DNA from: Nemertoderma westbladi
Lineage: Eukaryota > Animalia > Xenacoelomorpha
Direction of reading: 5' to 3'
DNA length: 40,435 nt
Assembly: GCA_032718475.1 (NCBI GenBank)
Contig: JAUCBJ010006607.1
Span: 1 to 40,435 of the forward strand
This document shows, one piece after another, positions 24,560 to 34,482 of this stretch. Position numbers and translations under genes: made by a program. Within the stretch, counting starts at the first letter, position 1. Every line of letters starts with the position of its first letter. A model generated the notes under the pieces. That model was given only the letters and a program-made list of their open reading frames with translations. It was not told the origin of the DNA and did not search any database.

Positions 24560-24731
24560 AGAGTTAGTAGAGTTGGTAGAGCTGTTACAAATACAATATT
24601 ACCAGCATTATATCAGCAGTACGTTACTTATACTTAGTAGTATGCGTGCTTACTGACTGCCAGACTGCTTGACGCCACTTGGACGGAAATTGGCAGCTAA
24701 TCGCCACACGCGTTTGCTTAGTTGATCTTAG

Positions 24732-25865
24732 ATGGCAGCTTGTTGTGGCTGGAACGGGAAGACTGGTCGGTGCAGGAAGTGCGTCTGCGCGAAAGCACAT
24801 AGAGACTGTAGTATCAGCTGCGCCGCGAGGAAGAATGGGAATTGTGAAAACGTCGGTACGTCGTTAGTTCAGCCGTCATCTTCCCAGCCACTGCCGGACC
24901 GGGGCTGTGCTGTTCAGTTAACGCGGACGTTCTTTTCTCAGCCATTAGATATATGTTCTCCGTCGGCAGATGAAACCTGGTTGGACAATGATGGAACGTT
25001 ATTATCTCTCTCATCTTCATCTGTTGGCGTTAAGTCTGGGGCAATTCCTAGTCACGCCGGTGCTGGTCCCGAGCTGTCTGGTGCCTGTACTGGTCAGTCT
25101 GGTGTTGGCCCATGTTTGTCTGGGATGTCTACCGCGTCCTCGCCTGGACCCACGATGTCTACTGCGTCCCCGCCTGGACCCACTACGTCTACCGCGCCCC
25201 CACCTGGACCCACGATGTCTACCGCGTCCCTGCCAGGACCCACGATGTCTACCGCGTCGCTGCCTGGACCCACTATGTCTACCACGTCCCCGCCTGGACC
25301 CACGATGTCTACCGTGTCCCTGCCTGGACCCACGATGTCTACCACGTCCCCACCTGGACCCATGATGTCTACCGCATCCCCGTCTGGACCCACGATGTCT
25401 ACCGCATTCCCGCCTGGACCCACGATGTCTACCGCGTCCCCGCCTGGACCCACGATGTCTACCGCGTCCCAGCCAGGACCAACAATGTCTACCGCGTCCC
25501 CTCCTGGACCCACGATGTCTACCGCGTCCCCGTCTGGACCTACACCGGCTTTAGTGGGATGGTGTAATGGTAGATTCCCTGTGCACCAGTTAGATAGCTC
25601 AATAAGACACGTATACGAAACTATTGTACATTGGAGGGCTAACTTGTTCCTGGTCCCCCCAGGTGCTATAGGTAGAGAACTGGTAAGCGAAATGTCGAGA
25701 ATAGTGGGTCTAGCAACTATGGATAACAGTAGTAGGAGAAACATAGACCTGAGCGTACTCCTCCCTAGCTTGGGCTACGGGCTAGATCTCGGAGGGCTAT
25801 TAAAAATGCCAAATTCCGGTGCTAAATCGCGGTGTTTAATGACCATCTGTCACCAACAGTATTGA
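24732..25865 (+). mobile_element. N-terminal part of a CRE-clade-like non-LTR retrotransposon ORF, truncated before the RT
   Basis: Cys-rich start (CRKCVCAKAHRDCSISC...GNCEN) and the block IRHVYETIVHWRANLFLVPPGAIGRELVSEMSR resemble the pre-RT region of metazoan CRE-like elements as I recall them; similarity ends near SVLLPSL (about 25770). Confidence 0.65.
25125..25544 (+). repeat. In-frame 30-bp minisatellite x14 encoding MSTASPPGPT
   Basis: atgtctaccgcgtccccgcctggacccacg repeated; 14 decapeptides in ORF 24732-25865. Confidence 0.97.
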
Positions 25866-26553
25866 TTCGCGTCGTTGCCTTGCCTTCAACCAATCGTTGC
25901 ATATTCACCTACGCGTAGCCTAACCTCAATCCACCGACCGATCGATCGACTGACTGAATGCTCTTACCCACTAACTAACTAACTGGCCCACCGGTTATTC
26001 ACCTTTTCGCCACGCTACCACCACCCCCACTGTATACTGTATATGTGATGATACTATTAACAACGACGTGGCCATCTACACGCATATACCCCACCCGATA
26101 TTATATCGATTGCCAATCAACGATTTACCCACCGCTAGCTACCGCTACTCCTCGACGGCTGTCGCCAATCCAACCAACCAAGCAGCCTACCAGTCCAGCA
26201 CTATGATACGTGAAATTCCGCCACGTTCCAGCTTCACGTATACGAACATTTCCATTGTTAATCATTCTAACCGATCCTACAGCATCTGTGCCATATTGAA
26301 AGGCTAATACTAACATTATACTGAGCGTTTTTATTATAATAATTATTGATTATTACGCACAACCCTATGATTCATATTCTTTCACGTATTTCCTATCCAC
26401 GCAACCAACCAACCGTTCATCCACGTTGCACCCCATCTCTTTTCTTATTCGTCGATGATTATGACACGTCCCATCTCTTCTATGTTGACTATACCACATC
26501 GCAAATTTATATATAACTGAATGTTTTTAATAAAATTCATCACTTGTAATCTT

Positions 26554-26868
26554 CACGGTAATATATTGATACCATATCTAATTTTTTGTTCTCACTCTGA
26601 AATTGTGTTATTTCCTTAATAATTTCTTCATTATCTTACTCGTTGTATATTCGTTGGTCGGAAACACTCAAATAAATGATACTGATTCCAACATTGGAGT
26701 TGTAAAACCAGTAAAAAAAATTGGTAAAACAATAGAGAAGATACAAGATCGCATTTTTCTTTGCTAATTAATTACTAATAGCAACGAGAAATGTGATCTC
26801 GTATCTTCTCTATCGTTTTACCAAACACAATTTTAGAGTGAGAACTATGGTGTCAATTTATTACAGCG
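26554..26868. mobile_element. Small inverted-repeat element (MITE-like) with an internal 46-bp-stem hairpin
   Basis: gtaatatattgataccata...gttctcactctgaaattgtgtt mirrored by aacacaattttagagtgagaac-tatggtgtcaatttattac; inner hairpin at 26721-26824. Confidence 0.7.
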
Positions 26869-26921
26869 ATACGGTTTAAAATTTATCACTTGTAATATTT
26901 TTCGTATTTATTATTATTATT

Positions 26922-27986
26922 ATGGCCTTAACGCAAAAAACCGGAGCTGCAAATAGCTGGAAATTTACTTACAATAAATATACTTGTACCGTCGTTCACA
27001 GCAAGTATTTTATTGTGGAATCTCAGGAGGACAACGAATCAATTTGTTTTTCCCATCAAGATACCCGCTATTTGTTAGACATTCTAGAAACAACTAACAA
27101 TAACCAACATCAATCCAGACCAGCAATTATACCAGGTAGGATATATCCAACTCTTCGTTTTGCTCGGGGAAATTTGAATATTTCCATCAACCCCACATCG
27201 GGTGATGTTTACGTTCAGAAACAAGGCAAATATAAAGTTCTCAACAAAGCTTTTACTGAAGTTCTAATTCAATGCAGAGGGAAATTATTGCAATTTCTCT
27301 CTCCACCGCTAGAGATTATTAGCGATCAATTCTACATTGAATTATCAAATCCAGAGTTTATTGGATTTGTAACAGCTTTTAAAGGAACCAACTATGTTGG
27401 CTTATGGAAAATCAGCCTCAGATACGCTGATAGTGTTGGTTTTAACTATTATACAGGTTTCAATTTGTCAAAACAGGAACTAACCGTGTTGTTGCAAGAG
27501 TGGGACAACCAAGTCGATGAAACAGACAAGCATCTTTTTGATAAAAATATCATTCAATTATCAGACCGGCTCAAAATGATTAAAACCAATAATAAAAAAA
27601 TTATTATCACCAACACCGATAATTCTACTGAAGTAGGTGCCGGCGGAAATTCTATTGAGTTGCATTACTTGAATGATAAAGCTCATATTAGTTTTCTCAA
27701 AGAATCGATGGATGGCGTTTCTCTTACTGAAGCCCATGTTGACGGTTATGTCCTTTTGGATAAACCTAAAGCATTCGTAGAGATCCCATCACCTAATCCA
27801 GATGTTGAAGAGAGTTGCTCTCAACCGCAACAGGTCTTTCCTGAAATATTACCTCGAAAGCCAAGATCATCGAGTAAATTTACCAACGCATCACCTGCAA
27901 AGAAACAGAAAGTTGTCAGTAACCCAGTTCTAGTAGAGCCTGTTACTAATTCTCCATGGAAACCAGATTATTATCCTAATATGTAA
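26922..27986 (+). CDS. 354-aa protein with a PC4/Sub1-like ssDNA-binding domain
   Basis: Intact ORF; FYIELSNPEFIGFVTAFKGTNYVGLWK...YTGFNLSKQELTVL resembles the PC4 pattern F.L....V.V..FKG..YV.IR....KGI.L...QW..L; low-complexity tail with basic NLS-like PRKPR and PAKKQK. Confidence 0.6.
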   Translation: MALTQKTGAANSWKFTYNKYTCTVVHSKYFIVESQEDNESICFSHQDTRYLLDILETTNNNQHQSRPAIIPGRIYPTLRFARGNLNISINPTSGDVYVQKQGKYKVLNKAFTEVLIQCRGKLLQFLSPPLEIISDQFYIELSNPEFIGFVTAFKGTNYVGLWKISLRYADSVGFNYYTGFNLSKQELTVLLQEWDNQVDETDKHLFDKNIIQLSDRLKMIKTNNKKIIITNTDNSTEVGAGGNSIELHYLNDKAHISFLKESMDGVSLTEAHVDGYVLLDKPKAFVEIPSPNPDVEESCSQPQQVFPEILPRKPRSSSKFTNASPAKKQKVVSNPVLVEPVTNSPWKPDYYPNM

Positions 27987-28138
27987 ACCTAATCATAAGT
28001 TAAACTCTTTGCGGTTTCCAATAGTCATAAGCGATTGGTGATTGGTGATTGGTTTAAAATTATTTCCCTCGCTAGCATATAAATGTTTAGATATAGTCAA
28101 TATCATATCATTTCATTTTATTTTAATCTTTGGACATA

Positions 28139-28169
<31 letters not shown>

Positions 28170-28188
28170 TATCTAAACAAACTTCAAC

Positions 28189-31100
28189 ATGGATAAAATA
28201 ACAATATGTTGTTCATTCTGTCATATGAATGTAACTAGACATAATTATTTACGCCACCTACGCTCGCATTTTGAAAGTTATTCTTGTTTTAAGTGTCATG
28301 TCGTGACTTCATGCAGCGAAATTTGTAAACGACATGAATCAACTACTGGTTGTAAAGAAATGGAGTTCCGTACCTATCAATTGACTTGTTCTACCTGTAA
28401 TAAAGAGTATACATATGAGAATTATATACGACACGATTGTCACTTGAAATGTTACTACACAAGAAAGCGTAAATTTCCGCAACATAAAAATATAATATCC
28501 AGAAAAAACTTAAGGGTGGCTCTTGGTACATGCGCAACAATTTTTACGCGGGAACAAGAAGCTCACAATAATTGTCTTGAAATTTATGTCCACGACCTCC
28601 CAACTTCTAGAGATTGTCCCGATGTAGAAACAGCATTAGCGCAAATTCGAGGTAATATTCTTCAGTTAATATTAGATAGATTGAAAGAAATGAATGTTCT
28701 TAGACTGTGGTTAGGTCTAAATGTATTAATGTACAGATCACATTTTTCAGAAGGTGAGCAATTGGAAACCTTTTATTTTAATTCTTCCGGTGGTGCTATT
28801 AATACTGTAGATTCATCGCAAAGTTTTGACACATGGTTTGAGTATGTGGTGGAAAATATATTACAAAAAATAGCCATCTTTAACACACGTGGTTCGGGGT
28901 GGCGTATTAAATCTTTATTAAGGGTTGAAATTAAATTAGCTGAATCTAAGTGTAGGTCGTTACTATATAAGGGGCATGGATATATGGAATTACCTAAGGC
29001 TCTATCAGGTAAACAGTGTGTTATAAATGTACAATCGGCTGATAATGACTGTTTTAAATGGGCAATTATATCTGCAAAATTTAGTAGCAAAGTGAAAAAC
29101 AACAAACAGCGTACTTCGTCGTACAAAAATTATATGAGTCATTTCATTTTTGACAATGGGAAAAATGATTATCCAACAGAGTGGCAGTTAGCGATTCAAC
29201 TTTTTGAAAAACAAAATTCAAAATATATAATTAATTTACTATGTTGGAATAACGACAACAAATGCACCCCCGTATCTATATTAAGACAACCTCCGTTTAG
29301 TAAAATTACACCCGATAAACAGTTATTAAATATATTACTTGTAGTAAAAAATAACAATGTACCTAAACTGAATCATTATGTTTGCATAACTAACCTGAAT
29401 CGATTGCTGAATACGAGAGCTCTTCATGTCAGGAATAGGAAATATTGCGAAAGGTGTTTGACTCATTTTTTTCGTGCGGAAGTTCTTCATCGACACCGTC
29501 TCGCCTGCTACCAAGGAAGAAGTCAGCGAGAGACACTACCTAATAAAAAAAGAACACACATTAGTTTTACAAATTTAGATAGAACCTTAACCCCATTGTT
29601 TGTCACCTACTTTGATATAGAATGTATCTTACAACCGTCAGTTAATAAGCAAATTATACAGGAGCATATACCGTGTGCTGTGAGTTATTTAATTGTTCCC
29701 AATACTGAATTAATTGATGCTCCAAAATGTCATTTGAAAACATTCGTAAAGTCAAATAATAATAATTGTATTCAAGATTTCTTAGATTCATTATATACTG
29801 ATTTAACTGAATTATGTTGTTGGTCAGAAATATACACACATAAAACTATGTAATTTACTAATATTGATTTTGTAAATTTTGAACAAGCAAAATTTTGTTG
29901 TTTATTGTAATGTTACTTTAAATAATAATGTAGGGAAAAACAGACATCATTCACATATTACAGGTAAATATATTGCGGCAGCCTGTAATAGTTGTAACCG
30001 AAGTTTATCATTGAAACGATACCTGTATGTACTTTGCGGTCATAATTCCAACAATTACGATATACATTGTATATTACAAAGCGGATTTAGAGATAAGAAA
30101 TACACAGATTGGGATATAAAGGTTATACCGAGAAATACAGAACGATATATTTCACTGAGTGCATTTATCCCAATTAAAAACACTTCTAAGAAAATTGAGT
30201 TACGTTTCTTAGACACATATCAATTTTTAAGCTTTTCTTTAAGTAATTTAGTTGAGTGTTCAACAAAGGATGTAGCGAGTCATGATATAAGCTCAATTTT
30301 ACCTATTACTCTACAAGAAATGAAATATTTTTATCCAAACTTGAATAACTCAACAATTAAACGGAAAGGAGTATTTCCATACGAGTACTTGACAGATATA
30401 AATAAATTTAATGATACTGGTTTGCCGTCTATAAATAATTTTTTTAGTAACTTAAGTCAAAAAACATGCACAATTGAAGATTATAGGTTTGCGGGAATAT
30501 CATGGGTAGAATTCGACTGTGTGAATCTCAAAGATTATCTTTTAGCCTATTTAAAACTCGATGTTTGTTTGCTTGCTGATATATTTGAGAATTTTAGGAA
30601 TGTTTGTAAACAAAATTACGATTTAGAAGCGGTTTTTTACTGTAGTATCGCGTCATTTACCTATGATTGCGCGCTAAAATATAATAAATGTAAAATAGAA
30701 TTAATAAAGGATTATCAGACATATAGAGATTTTGAAAAATCAATTAGGGGTGGTGTTTCATTTTGTCGAAAGCATTATATAGAATCAAATATACCAGGTA
30801 CAAGTACATATGATTCTACTAAGGAAGAATGCCATATTTTTAATATTGATTTCAACTCTTTATATTCTGGGAATTTAAGTAAAAAACTACCCACCTCACA
30901 ATTCAAAGAAGTAAGTATTAAACATTTAGAGAATGCAATTTCAGAAAAACTAATCGAGTACTTGGTAGATTTAGACATTGATGGATCTACTGGATATTTT
31001 TTAATATGTGATTTAAATTATCCCAAGGCTATTCACGATCAACCATTACAATTACCGTTAGCTCCTGAGCATTTAAGTATAAATGAATCAATGCTTTCGC

Positions 31101-32248
31101 CTTATATGATGGAACAATTTAATAACTTGTCAATACAAAGAGGTACCTCCCGTAAATATAGAATGTCTATACCAAAACTCATGCTGACACAATTTGATAA
31201 AGAGTTTTATCATTTACATTTGAAACTGTTAAAATTTTATATAAAACATGGATTAATTGTTACTAAACTACATAAATTATATTCTTTTCAACAAGAATTT
31301 GTATTTAAAAATTACATCGATTTTAATATTAATCAAAGGCGACTGGCAAAAAGTTACATTGAAACAGCTGTCGCGAAATTGCTCAATAATTCGCTGTTTG
31401 GCAAATCAATAGAAAAGATAAGAGATCGATGTAACTTTCGTATCGCAAATAGCAACGATAAATGCGATCAATTGGTAAATCGTATTAATCATGAACAATT
31501 TATAATATACAATAATACACTATCAGGACATTTATTAGTGAAAGACTCTGTAACTCTCGATAAGCCTATATTTATTGGTAGCACTGTGTTGGACTTGGCT
31601 AAATTGGATATGTATGAGCTGTATTACAATAAATTGCTACCTATTGAGAAAGAATTAAACTGCCGTATTGAAATTGCTGCATCAGACACTGACTCATTGA
31701 TAGGTTGTTACTATAATACATCGCAGAATAATTTTTTAAAAGCATTAATTAAAAATAATATTTTAGATACATCCAATTACCCTAAGGATCACCCACTCTA
31801 CAGCGATAAAAATAAATCCAGACTCTATTACTGTAAAGACGAACTAGCCTCACGTGAAATTAAACAAGCAGTATTTTTAAGACCAAAATTATATTCAATT
31901 TTGGAATGGAATAATAAAAATATTCGTAGAGCAAAAGGTATTACAAGAGCTGTTGTGGAAACGAATATTACACATGAAGAATATTTAAAAGCATATAACT
32001 CAAATGAAGAAATAAAAAAAAACATACACAGATTTCAATCTAAATTACATCGTATTTATACCTTAAAGCAAAATAAATTTGCACTCAGTAGCTTTGATGA
32101 TAAACTTTATTGGGTTAATAAAAATCAATCACTTCCTTGGGGGCACTATAAAACAAACCTCAAAAAACCTATAAAAATATCAAATATACCAATTTATGAA
32201 GAACCAAAAGACGACGGTGTTGATGATGAATTATCAAATAGTAAATAA
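28189..32248 (+). pseudogene. polB: Protein-primed family-B DNA polymerase (pPolB) with N-terminal zinc fingers; one gene split by a stop and a frameshift
   Basis: C2H2-type fingers, GSGW, CFKWAI, ExoI YFDIEC, endonuclease-VII-like HHSHITG...CNSCN, ExoII HNSNNYD, KGVFPYEY, ExoIII YLKLDV, RGG, DFNSLY, KLLNNSLFGK, DTDS, LRPKLY, KGI. TAA at 29851-29853 reads on in frame (FTNIDFVNFEQAKFC) to a frameshift near 29900. Confidence 0.93.
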
Positions 32249-32777
32249 AAATATAAGTTGTAAGCAGATTATTTATGGACTTAATTTAAAAGAATTAAAA
32301 AATCAATTGAATGGTAAAATTGTACTCAAACCTAACCAGTTTATATATAAGGTATTTGGTGCAACTATATTAATGTTTACAAATGGACGAATAACAATTC
32401 TCGGTAGAAAATATAATTTTAATAAAGTGAAAAAACATATATTAGAAAAAACAAACATTAATTTGATTTTTAAATCAATCAATTTGTGTACTTATATTTT
32501 TAGTATCGATACCGTAATTTATAGGTTACTTATAAACAATATCGGGTTTTATGTTATATTTGATAATGTTAAACTAGAAATTTCATATGAGCCCGAAATA
32601 TTCAATAACTGAAAAGTCAGAATAAATAATATTGTTGTTGTTTGCTGCTTCTACACTGGTAAATGTACATTAATGTGTTCCCCGTTTAAATTTCATATAT
32701 ATTATCCTATATTCAACAAACTGGTTAATAATTTATTATTGTTTGGTGCGAGGGTTTTTGATGTAAAATATAATTAG
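32223..32777 (+). pseudogene. TATA-binding-protein (TBP)-like gene, about 184 codons, one in-frame TGA
   Basis: Repeat 1: IVNKN...LNLKEL...ATILMFTNGRITILG. Repeat 2: SINLC...SYEPEIF...VVCCFYTGKCTLM (TBP: SYEPELF, LIF.SGK). TGA at 32610-32612 is TGT (Cys) in the other copy; frame continues to TAG at 32775-32777. Confidence 0.75.
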
Positions 32778-34135
32778 TGCGAGTGAAATTTATTGTTGCT
32801 GTTTGGTGGTGGAGATTTTTACTGTAAAATATATATTAAATTTGGTTGGAAAAAATTTATGAATACTTTTTTAAAATCAACAACTAGTTTGAGGGGAAAT
32901 TAACTAACTAACTTCAGTAGAGCGATTGCTTGTAACACTCGAGTAGGCATAGTTTACTCAGTGGCCGTAGCTAGCTAGCTAGCTAACTAAGCATTGCTGC
33001 TCACGAGTGAGCTACAATAGCGCATCTGTTACTTATGAGTGTGTGTGTGTGTGTGTGTGCGGCAGGCAATGCTAAGCTCGGTGAGAAAAGATTAGGGCTA
33101 TGTGCTGGTATTCATAGTCAAAGACGATGCCCTCCTATCTGTTACTAGTCTGTATACCGGTACATATTATTAAAAAATCAGCTATGCATCTCCCTACATT
33201 CAGAATAGAACAGAGCATATATCGCTAACTAATCCGCATGGGAAAGGTTTATGTTGTGCATTTTGTTAACTATGAGAATTTTGTAATCTAAACATCTGCG
33301 ACCCTCTACAAAAATATATATAAACTCAATTTTTCTAACAGTGAACTATAATTTTGTTTCCCTACCATAAAATAAAAAAATAAATACCGGTATAGACTAG
33401 GCCTAACCATGGAATACTAAATATACACGGAACCGCATTAGTGTTATTTTTTTGGCCCCGAAATTTTTTTCAATAAAATGGTAGTATATGCCATAGAAAC
33501 CTCAGAAAAAAAATTTAAGCAAATTTGACCGGAGCGTTTCCATGGAAACCGGGCAAACATAAAATTTCTAGGTTTTGCCATGAATTAATTTTATTTTGCA
33601 TCTACTACCCTATTTATTTTTATCCTATTTATTTTTATTTCTAGCACAGGTAACTATAGCAACGAGGTAATCTATTAATATATATATATATTAAATATAT
33701 TTAAATAAACACTGCTGTGGAAGCTAATTTTGACACTTTTATTAGTTTTATATATTACCCCCCCCCCCCCCCCCCCCCCCCCTATTGATACAATTTAATA
33801 TCAATTCAATTTATAATTAAATATAATATTGTGGTGTACTGTAGTGATTGTGGCACTACATGTGTCGAAAACAGTAATTTATTCTATCCTACTTTATATA
33901 ATGTAATATATACAGTATGTATGTATAGGGAGGCTATGTAATTGATTCTTTATGCAGTATAATAATAATAAACCATTAATAGAAACGGCGTTTCGGCCGG
34001 CTTTAGGCCTCTTCAGCAGTACTGCCAAGTACTTGACACCCCATTTCCTAAGAAGTATAGCTGTCACTAGTAGTGGTGATTGTCAAGATACGAGTGGCGA
34101 TTCTCCTATTATTCTGATTGCTGGCGGAGTCTCCA

Positions 34136-34482
34136 GGTGGCAGTGGTTGTAGAATCATCAGCCAGGGTGGCAGTGGTAGTAAAGATGACAGCCATGGTGG
34201 CAACGTGGCAGTGGTAGTAGAAACAACAGCCATGATGGCAATGTGGTAGGTAGTGGAAACAACAGCCAGGGTGGCAGTGGTAGTAGAAACAACTACCAGG
34301 GTGGCAGTGATAGTAGAAACAACTACCAGGGTGGCAGTGGTAGTAGAAATGACAGCCAGCATGGCAACGTGGCAGTGGTAGTAGAAACAACAGCCATGGT
34401 GGAAACGTGGTAGGTAGCGGAAACAACAGCCAGGGTGGCAATGGATGTAGAGTCAACAGCCAGGGTGGCAGTGGTAGTAGAA
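34136..34482. repeat. 30-bp-based minisatellite (aacagccagggtggcagtggtagtagaaac and variants) at the 3' end of the transposase
   Basis: About 10 imperfect units; source of the low-complexity ORFs at 34048-34523. Confidence 0.9.

Noticed and set aside
24970-25744. Alternative-frame and antisense repeat ORFs, including collagen-like GPGGDAVDIV
   Set aside because: Shadows of the stop-free 30-bp minisatellite; no Gly-X-Y periodicity.
29851-29905. Programmed frameshift or intron joining the two polB ORFs
   Set aside because: The intervening codons are conserved polymerase sequence and contain both a stop and a shift; decay is more parsimonious.
32610-32612. TGA as selenocysteine or programmed readthrough in the TBP-like gene (Cys in the other copy)
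   Set aside because: No SECIS recognised; a single T>A nonsense change in a decaying element is simpler.
33758-33783. Poly-C/G tracts here and elsewhere as functional G-quadruplexes
   Set aside because: Common throughout the window with no positional pattern; lengths may be affected by sequencing error.
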